DNA of 62,537 bases, filler included, from Pirum gemmata (taxonomy: Eukaryota), in assembly GCA_002812295.1 (NCBI GenBank). It is 23 parts of 23 records of this genome, joined end to end, with 100 filler letters (N's around TTAATTAATTAA, not from the genome) between each part and the next. Parts side by side here need not be neighbours in the genome. Positions count along the whole stretch, not along the records: positions 23,817 to 26,386 come from PDIN01005623.1; positions 26,487 to 29,044 come from PDIN01005624.1; positions 29,145 to 31,710 come from PDIN01005625.1; positions 31,811 to 34,376 come from PDIN01005626.1; positions 34,477 to 37,028 come from PDIN01005627.1; 18 more parts are not named here. One strand, written 5' to 3'. Below the pieces are notes generated by a model that was not told the DNA's origin, did not search any database, and was given only the letters and a program-made list of their open reading frames with translations. Shown here piece by piece: positions 23,857 to 35,824 of this stretch. Made by a program: the position numbers and the translations under genes. Within the stretch, counting starts at the first letter, position 1. Each line of letters starts with the position of its first letter.

Positions 23857-24378
23857 TTTTTATAATGTTAAGGTTACTTTTATTTTTGAAACTTTCGTGT
23901 TATATAATCTTTTATAAAAATATGCATTATTTTGAATTTCATTTTAAAATAAGTCTTTATTGAATAATAGGTCGGTTCCATAAAACAGGCGAATAAACTT
24001 CATACTGGACAAGATATTTATGCTCGAAAAACATTAAGAATACCAAGTAAAGATTTTAATGACCGGCTTCGAGGTTTCATCACTGACAATAAAGAAAACA
24101 ACAATAATAATGAAAACGATTCTACTAGTTGTAATACAAATATTAATACTAGCTCTAAGTGCAATATAAACAATGAAAATAATGATAAAGGTTTTGATTC
24201 TTATAATAATGAATATGATAAAGATCTCTGTTCCGCTATATATTACGACAAAGGCTCAAATAAAAAAGGTGGGATTTTTACAAAAAGAAGTAAAATTGTT
24301 CCTTTGAAATATCTAACAGGGTTTAATCGGATGAGCAATGGAAATAGTATCGAAATGAAACAAAGAATAAATCCGTGA
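23857..24378 (+). CDS. LysM-domain protein, 3' exons (16-nt microexon 23857-23872 and exon 23971-24378)
   Basis: Spliced FYNVK|VGSIKQANKLHTGQDIYARKTLRIP matches the C-terminal half of eukaryotic LysM domains. The 408-nt exon is open to TGA, with GT-AG boundaries. Confidence 0.7.
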
Positions 24379-27300
24379 TCCCGTGCTTTATTTATTTTCG
24401 CGTAATTTGTGACTACACAGAAATGATATTACAAAAGTGCAGTACATTTAATTATTTTTTAAAATTAACAAGAATCCAATATGAAACATATAGATGCGTT
24501 AAAGACTAATGAAAAATTAGGAATCCCTTAGCAATATAATATAATTTTTAAAAATGTGTTCTAATTAGTTGAGTTTTAGTATTTTGTAGAATATTTCTAT
24601 CAGTGCATTCACCAGAATTATACTTTGGACAGTGTAGCGATAACTGAAACTGATAAATATAAATCAATATCCTAGCAGCAAGTAATATTTCGATAAACTA
24701 ATAAGCATGTGATTGAAAAATAACCTAATTCGTTTTTTAAGTGTGCCACTGTTGAAAGTAAATACTTGAGAAATACTTGACTATCAAATAGCTCAACGAA
24801 GGCAAACTTGCCATTTTCGAAATTTCTAGCTATTCATTAACAGGAAGATTAACTTCAAAAAGACGACAAAGATTAAACCGAACAAACAACCAAGCACATT
24901 ATTATATGTCAACTTTTTAAATCTAATGTTTAGAAATGAATTTAGATTGACATAACTGTTTGGAAAATTCTTACTGAAAGTCATTGGTTTCGTTACCGTT
25001 GCCTGTTTGCAAGCATGGGATTGGAAATAATCAATGAAACGATAAGTAGTGTACTTAATAAATACACAATAGTTTAAAAAGGTATAAACAACGATAAAGA
25101 GTAGCATTGCGCCCTCCTTAAGCCTTCTATATTTTTATTTTTAAGCTACATCCCAGTAATCAAACACCAGATAGAACGATACACTATTTTACACCATTTT
25201 TACCATTGTAGCTTTTTAATAACTTTTAATAATATCATAGCAATATTGTTGTATTTTCTAAACAATTTTTCAAACATCAGATAAAGAATAAAAGTTGAAA
25301 AAGTAAATAAACAACACAAAATAAAATATCGTTTATTCTTTATTTTAGAAATTAAAGAAAATTGAAATTAATGTAAAAATCAAAAACAATTTTTATTATT
25401 CATTAATTTTCCAGTGGGAGTTAAATTGAATTTTAAAAAAAATCGTATGTCATTGGACAAAAACAGCAACGAAAACAAATAGGGAATGTTAAAATTGACT
25501 ATAAATTACGAACAACCAGAAAAAAGGGAATACAAAAACTGCATATACACACTAACTTAACCCTTAAGTACAAAAGGATAAAATAGCATTCGTTGAATGT
25601 AAGGGGTTAATTTTTAAAACTTGGGAATATCCAAAACTGTGACTTAACGTTAAGTTTTCATTTTCAAATTCAGTCATTTTTTCAGCCAAAAAATAAGCTT
25701 TGAATTCAATTCTAAAAATAGTTAAGGGAAGTACAAGAGAAAAGAAAATATGTCCATTTTTTTCTATATCTATCGCATCTTTATGTTTTCATCGTAAGTT
25801 TTCTTTTTTTAATGCTATTTTTTCAAAAAATTCTTTACATCACCAATGCACAGGTATCACTAATAAGATGGAAAGGTGGGCAAGAATAATATTAAACATA
25901 GCAGATATTATTGTGCACTTTCTATTTACCGCTTGATTTATAAATTTCTAAAAAAAATAAAAATAAAAATAAAAATAAAAAAAAGAACTACTATTCTAAT
26001 TTTTGGATGGTAAGGCAGTGATCAATTTTTTGTGTTCTCAAATCAGCAGATAATTACTATGAGTTTCATACGTGGGCGCCAATCAGAGTTGAATGACCGC
26101 GTTTGGGGTCGCTTCAATTTTGTTAATCAATTCATTTAAATTTTTATCGAATAGCTCACATCTGAATAAGCAAACATATAAAGTACGAGTGTGAAAAAGG
26201 TCTCAACAAGAAAGGAAAACATTTCAACAGTAAGAAACTAACAATATTACAACAAAAATGAAACCGACAATAACAATGGCAGTAGTGGTAATAATAATAA
26301 TAACAATACTAATAATAACAATAATAATGATAGTGATAATGATAACGATAATGATAATGATAATGATAACGATAATGATAATGATANNNNNNNNNNNNNN
26401 NNNNNNNNNNNNNNNNNNNNNNNNNNNNNNTTAATTAATTAANNNNNNNNNNNNNNNNNNNNNNNNNNNNNNNNNNNNNNNNNNNNTTATTATTAATATT
26501 ATTATTATTATTATCTTCTACAGACTACAGGGGCATTGTCTGGAGACCTTAGAGCTATCATAAGCTTAGCAACTACAATACTGCAAGGTAGATATTAAAA
26601 AATATTTATTATACAACTTTTTTTAATTAAAAAAAATTACTGTAAGAAGTTTCTAATAAAGGCACAAAACAAAGGAAGTGGGAATTGGTTGCATTTACAG
26701 ATTAGTTGAAACGCCAGACTCGCCAGCGAACTAACTAGCTAGACTATCCAGTAGTAACAGGCCTTAAGTGACGTTGTGAACCACTGAAAGTCTGATCCCT
26801 ACCCCCTTTAATGCCACTGGCCCACTGGACCTTCTGGACCATGTGTAATCCATTTGTTTGATTTTTTTTTTTTTTTTTTTTTCTAGAACTTATCATAGAG
26901 GTTTACTAGTAGCTAGCTAGCTACTAGCTAGAGCTTTTACTAGCTAGACTAGCTATCATAATATCATAAAATTACTACTAGCTAGCAAGCTATCGATATC
27001 ATATTAGAAATATCGAATAGCTTATTGATATCATACAGAGAACGACCGCACTCTGCACGGCCACTAATAATGTTCTTTCTAACTATGATATCATACTAAA
27101 GGTGGCCTTTAGTTTTTTTTTGTAACAGACTAGACCAGCTGGACTAGACTATGTGATACTTTTATTATCAGCTCCTGTCTGCTCCTGAGCTATAGATAGC
27201 AAGTATGATATCAATGCTATGTTATCGATACTACTAGCTATCATAGTACTAGTAGTACGTCTAGTAGTAGACTCTTGACTATGATACCATGAACATATTC

Positions 27301-27818
27301 ACCAGCTTGCTAATGATCACAAACGAAACCCCAGTGCTCTAACCCTAACTAACACACCCAAACACACCCTAACAATAATGGATCTCTCATATGAATAATA
27401 CCAAGAACCCCGGGGTTCTTCACTATGGATATATATATGATCATATTATAAAAAATAATAATATTAATTGTCGAAACGATAATATTGATTGTGAATGTAA
27501 ATGCACACCTTTAACATTAAATAATGATCATATATATAATTATATGATATCATAATTATGTTATGTTTGTTATCAATAAATAACTAGTTACAATTTATTT
27601 ATAATTATAATATAAAATTATAATATTATTATAGTGAGTTCTGAATTTATGATCAAGAACTTTTTGAACTCCTTGTAGCTACTACTAGCTATCGATAGCT
27701 AGACTAGCTATCATATTATACAGTTCTCAGAAGATACAGTTCTACTGGGTAGCTAGCCAGTATTACAATGATATCGATACTACGAGCTACTTACTATCAT
27801 AGCTAGAGTAGCGCTACT

Positions 27819-27999
27819 TTTTTTTGATTCACAGGTGGGGAAATTATTGGAAAACCCCGACTGGTTGTTATTGGGACAACGATATTTGGACTTTTATGTT
27901 GTATTTATAGACGGTCTTCGTCTTGGTCGGGGGGATTCGAACCCAATACCTCCGGATCCAGGTTGTTATGTTAACCAAATAACCACTGCGCCACTTCGC
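27819..27999 (-). mobile_element. tRNA-derived SINE-like element
   Basis: Minus strand has A box GTGGCGCAGTGG, B box GGTTCGAATCC, an about 100-nt body and an A-tail. Imperfect 9-bp TSD AGTATCGCT / AGTAGCGCT. No proper acceptor stem. Confidence 0.7.
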
Positions 28000-28831
28000 A
28001 GCGATACTAGCTAGCTAGCTAGTAGCTAGCTATTATCAATAGTAGCTATCGATATCATACTAGCTAGCTAGCTAGCTAGTAGTATGATACCGATCTGTGA
28101 TACTACGTAACGCTTTCTGGCAAAAACCACCCACCTACTCAAAAGTCACACAATCGTAACATCGAGAAAAATGACCTACCCATAATGACGTAACGTTTTA
28201 AAAAATAGTACCCTAATTAGTATACTCAAAAANNNNNNNNNNNNNNNNNNNNNNNNNNNNNNNNNNNNNNNNNNNNNNNNNNNNCCCAAAAAAAGCTCAT
28301 TTTTTTTTTCCCACTATATATATATATATATTTTTTGAGTGACGTAACATTGCGAAATATCTACCTACCTACACTAATTAAATGGTCACACTTTGGTCAC
28401 AAAATTCTACCCCCCCCCTACCAACCCGTATTTGAACGCTCCCTTATTGTTTTTTATCGATAACAATTGCAAGACTTGTATCATAATAGTCATATGATAG
28501 GACTGTATGATAGGCTATAGGTATATACAAACTACTACTACTAGCTACTAGCTAGTCCAGACTCCAGACCCCAAACTCCTACTGTATCATATTTTTATAT
28601 TTATTTATTTTTATATAAATAATAAATAAACTATCTGGATATCATAAACTATCAAAAACGTAAAGGATTAAGGTTATATTAAATTAAAAACAACACCTAC
28701 AACAAACAGCGATAAACAGCACATGGTAGAGCAGTACAATGTACAATAACAACAATAACAACAGCAACAACAACAACAGCAACATCAACATCAACATCAA
28801 CAACATCAACAACAACAACAGCAACAACAGC

Positions 28832-28862
<31 letters not shown>

Positions 28863-29582
28863 GCAACAATTCTGAGACAACAACAACAACAGCAATAGCA
28901 GCAACCACAACAGCAACCAACACTCCCACCACCACACCAATACCTACACCGCCAACCAAGAACGACAACAATCCCAGTACACCACCACCAGCAATAAAAA
29001 CAATAAACAATAAAAAACAATAAAAACAATAAAAACAATAAAAANNNNNNNNNNNNNNNNNNNNNNNNNNNNNNNNNNNNNNNNNNNNTTAATTAATTAA
29101 NNNNNNNNNNNNNNNNNNNNNNNNNNNNNNNNNNNNNNNNNNNNATTGTTAAAATATTATATTTATATTATAAGTAACGGATTTACAATTTAACATTTTA
29201 ATTTTTATGATTAATTTTATTACTATATATAATATTAATATGTTAATATAATACATTAATCATTTATCATTATTTTAATTATTATAATATCATTATATTA
29301 TTTTAACAATAACGAGGACAAGGGCATACTTTTCTTCGAACATTTGTTTTAGGACAACACCTAACACCTTATAGTAACGGATTTATAATTTTTAACATTT
29401 TTTAATTAATTTTATTACTATATTATAATATACATTATTACATTATTATTATTATTTTAAATAAATTGATGGGTATACGCGTATTTAAATACTTATTTTT
29501 TATTACTATAATAATTATATATTATTATTACATTATTAATATTTTAAAAATTGATATTTTTTTCAAAAAAACTGTTTATAGT

Positions 29583-30593
29583 TTAACAACAGCCAGGACA
29601 AGGGCATACTTTTCTTCGAACATTTGTTTTAGGACAACAACTAATACCTTTTCCTAATAAAGGGTTACATTCTAGTTCAGGGGCGCAAATAACGGATTTA
29701 TGATCGTTAAAGTAAAAATGCATAGTACTCCAAGCAAGAGTTCCAGCAAAATCACAATCGCTATCGCAAGTATTTTGACACATCGCGAAGTTAACTAAAG
29801 GAATAGGTTCCCAACCGTTATTAAAACCTGGGATAAAACTTTGTTGACGATAAGCACTGGCAAAAAAGATGGCGTTGATTTTACCTTCGTGATACATGGG
29901 AACAACAGGCATTAAGTTTTCGGCCACCCAACTCATAGTGTTATCGGGTGTGGCTAAATCTTTGAAATAATGGAAACCCATGCCATCAAAACAAGAACCT
30001 TTACGGTAATTGTTTTGTAGCATTTCAGAAGATTCTTCAATAGGGATTCTATCATTCGCACCATTAGGTTGAACCACAATTTGATTTCCTATAGGTTCGT
30101 TTTCGTCTATTTCACCGCTGCACATATCAGCACCATTCTCAAAGTAACGGGTAGAAACTTGAATAAGGTATTCAGCGTTACTCACCTGTTGGAAATATTG
30201 AAGATCCAATAATTTAGGCATGACGTAATCGTGTACACGGGTACCCAAACCGGACAGTTGACCTTGGTTAGTATAATACAAAACATAAGGATTGTTTTTA
30301 CTGTTACCATGAGTAAAAGGAATACCAATGTTAGGGTCACAAACGTTGCCGTTTTGTGTCTCTTCTACAAGTCTTTGATCTACTTCATAACCAACCGAAA
30401 CAGCTTCTTGCATGGTTAAAGGCATGGCATCATATTTAGTAAAAATATGAGACAAAGTTGGTTCTCCCTCACCGATGGTGGCTCTACGTACAAGTTGACG
30501 TTCATTTGGTTTATTAGCCTCGTGAACATTAGATACAGCAGCATGGGCACTGGCCGTGGCAACAGCTAGGGTTAAGAAGTTACAAAGTTGCAT
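29583..30593 (-). CDS. Secreted Cys-containing protein of unknown function (336 aa, intronless)
   Basis: Signal peptide MQLCNFLTLAVATASAHA, RR after a short pro-segment, motifs PLTMQEAVSVGY, LYYTNQGQLSG and CFDGMGFHY, and a Cys-rich C-terminus. Confidence 0.88.
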   Translation of the reverse strand: MQLCNFLTLAVATASAHAAVSNVHEANKPNERQLVRRATIGEGEPTLSHIFTKYDAMPLTMQEAVSVGYEVDQRLVEETQNGNVCDPNIGIPFTHGNSKNNPYVLYYTNQGQLSGLGTRVHDYVMPKLLDLQYFQQVSNAEYLIQVSTRYFENGADMCSGEIDENEPIGNQIVVQPNGANDRIPIEESSEMLQNNYRKGSCFDGMGFHYFKDLATPDNTMSWVAENLMPVVPMYHEGKINAIFFASAYRQQSFIPGFNNGWEPIPLVNFAMCQNTCDSDCDFAGTLAWSTMHFYFNDHKSVICAPELECNPLLGKGISCCPKTNVRRKVCPCPGCC

Positions 30594-30796
30594 GATTATT
30601 ATTATTATTATTTAAAATAAAAAAAAAAAAATTATGGATGTTGATAAAAATGAATATTAGAAATTATTGTATAAAAATTATTATTTTTAATTTATTTCTT
30701 TCTTTTTTGGAAGATTTCAGTCTTGCTTTTATATGAGTTTTTTGGCAAAGACTCCATGAAAAAACATGGTGTCTTTGATTTTGGTTGTGGGAATTA

Positions 30797-30861
<65 letters not shown>

Positions 30862-31810
30862 CGGTTTTTTTTTTGTTTTTGTTTTTGTTTTTCGTTATTT
30901 TTCCATAGTCCTAGCTAGTTACTAACTTACCAGCTAGCTAGAGCTAGTATCATATCATAGTAGTAGGGCCCCCGGATCTACTACTAGAGCTACTCTCTTT
31001 AGGTGCTTTGATAGTTAGTAAATCTTTTGGTATTATAGTGAATGAATATGTTACGACTGGTAGAGAGAAAGGCTTTGTTTGAGCTTTGATGATATCGATG
31101 GATGTGTGTAGAGTCTCTACTACAGGGAGTACCAGAGTCAGTATTTTTTTTTTGGTTTTCATTTTTTCTCCTCACTCTGCCTTTCAAAATTTTCTATTTT
31201 TTTTTAAAAAATTATAATATGATAATATGGTAATTATAAGTAAGCATCATAGTTGTAGAAAAGACCACCGTTCCCCCCCTTGTTTTCAGTCATGTTTGTT
31301 GTGGTGTTTTTGTTTACAGCAGCTGTGACACCCAAACTCTTGAAGGTATTAAAAGTAGAAAGTAGAACCCTAAGAACCCTAACTGTTTTGTGGCTAACAT
31401 TTTGATTTATTATCATACAACATATTATGATTATTCTGTTGTTTGTGTTGTGGGGATTGTGGCAGTAGCTAGCTAGACTAGTCAATCTAATGTCTGTGTT
31501 GTGAGAAGGTTGTGGCAGCAGCTCGACACTGCTAGACCTAATAATATATAACCCTAACACTCGCTCTAACCTTACCCCTACCCTTAAGCTTGCCCCTATA
31601 ACCTTATAACTCTATAATTCTATAACCCTATAACCCTATAACCCTATAACCCTATAACCCTATAACCCTATGTTTGAACCAATTTACAACACTATTATTA
31701 TTATTATTATNNNNNNNNNNNNNNNNNNNNNNNNNNNNNNNNNNNNNNNNNNNNTTAATTAATTAANNNNNNNNNNNNNNNNNNNNNNNNNNNNNNNNNN
31801 NNNNNNNNNN

Positions 31811-32116
31811 ATTATTATTATTATCATTGTCATTATCATTATCCATTATCATTATCATTATCATTATCATTATCATTATCATTAACATTATCATTATCAT
31901 TATCATCATCATTATCATCATCATTATCATCATCATTATCATCATCATTATCATTATCATCATCATTATCCATTATCCATTATCCAATATCATTATCCAA
32001 TATCATTATCCAATGTCATTATCCAATATAATTATAATTATAATCATCATTATCATTATTCATTATCATTATCATTATCATTATTCATTATCTTTATCAT
32101 TATCATTAGTAGTATC

Positions 32117-32149
<33 letters not shown>

Positions 32150-32580
32150 TTTATTATTATTATCATTATCATTACCATTACCATTATCATCATCATCATC
32201 ATTATCATTATCATCATCATTATCATTATCCAATATCATTATCATTATCCAATATCATTATCCAATATCATTATCGCTATCATTATCGTTATCATTATCA
32301 TCATCATCATCATTATCCAATATCATTATCATTTTCATTATCATCATTATCCAATATCATTATCGTTATCATGATCATTATCCAATATCATTATCATTAT
32401 CATTATCATTATCGTTATCATTATCGTTATCATTATCATCATCTTCATCATTATCCAATATCATTATCATTTTCATTATCATCATTATCCAATATCATTA
32501 TCATTATCATGATCATTATCCAATATCATTATCATTATCATTATCATTATCATTATCATTATCATTAGTAATGATATTAT
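31811..32580 (+). repeat. (TCATTA)n / (TCA)n compound microsatellite
   Basis: Seen directly. The complementary (GATAAT)n array lies at about 53125-53690. Confidence 0.95.
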
Positions 32581-32783
32581 TGCCATAATCATTGTCACTA
32601 ATTAAACTTAATAATTGATAACAATATAAACAGACAAACTTGATTATGATGAAAATATATTATGCGACAAACGATTGGAATAGCGCAGTAAAAATTTCGC
32701 ATAATTTTTCGGTTCGATTTTTTTTTATATCATACTTAAAAAAAAACCCCCAAAAGAAATTAATATACTTTTCAATCAATTCT

Positions 32784-32826
<43 letters not shown>

Positions 32827-32860
32827 TTATTTTTTTATTTTTTTTTTAATAGCAAATTCT

Positions 32861-33085
32861 GGAGATACGGAAAAACATAATCGAATCAAACAGCTCGATT
32901 CTAATTATTAAATTGTGACAATTTTGAAATGATATTCTCGAGTTTCAAGTTTTTTCTGTGAAATTTCTAAGAATTTTTAAGAATTTTTTTAATGAAATCA
33001 AAAGTGAGTTAATACTTTGAAAATTAGATCGAAAGTTTCGAAAGTTTCGAACTAGTCTCGATTCGATGATTTTTCCCGCATCTCC
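32861..33085. mobile_element. MITE family D (about 200-225 bp, imperfect TIRs of about 38 bp)
   Basis: Ends GGAGATACGGAAAAACATAATCGAATC and GATTCGATGATTTTTCCCGCATCTCC. Other copies at 33785-33985, about 33176-33300, 18125-18187 and 38755-38862. Confidence 0.75.
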
Positions 33086-33472
33086 TTTGAAATAATTTGA
33101 TATGTGTTTTTTTTTGACTTTTATTTTGAATTTTGATAATTGAAAAACCATAGGGACTAAAGTATATATAGGCTAGGGAAATACGGGAAAACATAATCGA
33201 ATCAAACAGCTCGATTCTAATTATTAAATTGTGACAATTTTGAAATGATATTCTTTTTTTTTTTCGAGTTTTTTTTAATGAAATCAAAAGTGAGTCAATA
33301 CTTTTTCAATAATAATAAAAATCTTAAAAACACTAATAAATTTTCTATATATGTATATATTATAATGACAACAATATCAATATAACAATAATCATAGTAA
33401 AAATATCAAAAACACTAATAAATCATCTAAAGTAATTTCGTACTTCCAAGTATTTTTTCTCATTAATTTTTA

Positions 33473-33771
33473 TAGAGATTTGTTTTTATACTTTTCGAAT
33501 TTAGAATTAATAATATTATTAATATTATGACGTTAAATATTTTTTGTTCAAAACTATTTTTCGAACTTTAAACGAAAATTAGCATTTTTTTTCGCAAGCT
33601 TGAAAAATATTACATTTTGCTAAAAAAATGCTAATTTTTGTTTAAGTTCGAAAAATAGTTAAAAACAAATATATATATATATATATATAACGTCATAATG
33701 TTAATAATTTTATAATAATATATTTTAAATAAGATTATTATTAGTTTAGGAAAGTATAGAAACAAACCTCT
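33473..33771. repeat. About 300-bp imperfect foldback element
   Basis: Paired segments agagatttgtttttatacttt / aaagtatagaaacaaacctct, ttatgacgtt / aacgtcataa, aactatttttcgaact / agttcgaaaaatagtt and aaaattagcattttttt / aaaaaaatgctaatttt. Confidence 0.7.
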
Positions 33772-34254
33772 GAAAAAAATAATGGGAGATACGGGAAGAC
33801 ACAATCGAATCAAACAGCTCGATCCTAATTATTAAATAGTGACAATTTTGAAATGACACATTTTTTTTTTTTTCGAGTTCCAAGTTTTTTCTATGAAATT
33901 TCCAAGTGAGTCAATACTTAAAATTAAATGGAAAATTTTCGAAAGTTTCGAACTAGTCTCGATTCGATGGTTTTTCCCGCAGCTCTATGAGAAAAAATAT
34001 CAAAATTCCTATTAAACAATAGTAGTTTGTAGTAAGAAGCTAATTTAGATAATTTAATAGTGTTTTTTAAGTTTAAGTTGAAATTAAATTTGTTGTTATT
34101 ACTACAATTATTATATTGATATTGTTATCATTATCTTATTATTATTATTATTGTTGTTGTTGTTGTTAAATTTAAGTTTAAATAGTTATTATTATTATCA
34201 TTATTATTGTTAGCATTATTATTATTATTATTATTATTATCATTATTATCATCC

Positions 34255-34289
<35 letters not shown>

Positions 34290-35775
34290 ATCATTATTAT
34301 TTTCTTTATTATTATTAACCAGGAAACTTCAGATGAATATATAAAAGATAACGATAAAGATATTATAACACACCCANNNNNNNNNNNNNNNNNNNNNNNN
34401 NNNNNNNNNNNNNNNNNNNNTTAATTAATTAANNNNNNNNNNNNNNNNNNNNNNNNNNNNNNNNNNNNNNNNNNNNGTTGTTGTTGTTGTTGTTAACGTT
34501 GTTGTTGTTGCTGTTGGTTAGTGGCTGTTGTTGTTCATAATAATACAATAATATACTAAAAAAATAATTTCAATTGAATAAACAATATAGTTACATATTA
34601 TGATATTTTAAAAAAAACATATTATATATCAAAAGAAAACAAAATAAGAAAATCGGAATAATAATAATAATAATAAATAATAAATGTAATAAATAATCTT
34701 TCCGAAAATTAGTCGAAATTATATTTTTGTGAACCAAAAAAAAAAACAAAAAAAAAATTAAAATTTTTGAGATTTTGAGATTTTTTTTTGATTTATATAC
34801 TCTTTTTTTAAAAAATTATTTTTTTTAAAAATTATTTCAAGGACTTCAAATAATTTTGAAGTCCTTGATTATGTTTTTGAATCAAAAAAAACACTAATCA
34901 AAATTTTATCTATGGACACTAGCTAGCTAGCACAGTTTTCCTCTCAATCTTTAATTTGGTACTTTTTAAGTGTATAATTGAACTTGTTTATAAAACAAAA
35001 AAAAAAGTATAAAATACCAAATTGATTAAAACATGTCTGATAGTTTAACCAAAATAATAATTTGGTATGTTTATTTCAGTTTTTGACCTGGACAGCTACT
35101 GGACAACAAAGACGATAGACTATGATACGTTTTGTAGGTTTTGTAGGGTTTTGTAGTCTACTCATTTCGAACAGAAAACTTGATAAACTGTCTGATAGGG
35201 CCATCTGAGTAGTAGAGATAATTAATTATGATTTGGAGTACTAGTGATTTGTAAAAATATAAAAATATTAGTTATATCCCGATAACAAAATATTTATAAA
35301 ATAAAATAAAAACAACCAACCAAACAAACAAACAAACAAACCAATTGCAAGCAAACAACCACACAAGCAAACAACCAAATAACCAAACAACCGAACGTTT
35401 AAACAACCAAACAACCAACTTATATGTATACGTATATATGCATAATATATTAATAAATAACAATATTATTAAAATAATATTAATGTTAATATTTTTAAAA
35501 AATTAATTCAAATTATATTTTGATCGATATTATTATATTATATAATTATTATTACATACATCTGATATTATAGACTCTAAAGCTAATGAGCTCGAGTGCT
35601 GAAAGAAAGTGCTTATTATTGATTATAACGTTAAATCAATATTATATTTTAAAATGATTTTACAATATTAATATATTATTGTACTATTATTGTAGGGATT
35701 TTGTAATCACCAACAAACAAACGTCTAAATAATAACAACGTTTTTTTTTTAAAAAAGTGTTTTTTTTTTAAAAAA

Positions 35776-35824
<49 letters not shown>

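Noticed and set aside
25557..25610. TTAACCCTT...AAGGGGTTAA mini piggyBac-like ends
   Set aside because: Too short and single-copy in the window to distinguish from chance.
27921..27999. Functional tRNA gene
   Set aside because: A and B boxes are present, but no acceptor or anticodon stem can be paired. The tail and TSD favour a SINE.
28684..29038. Poly-Asn/Thr/Leu/Val ORFs (also 2148-2588, 31827-32588, 47789-48094, 53119-53725, 56189-56824)
   Set aside because: Translations of microsatellites with no independent coding evidence.
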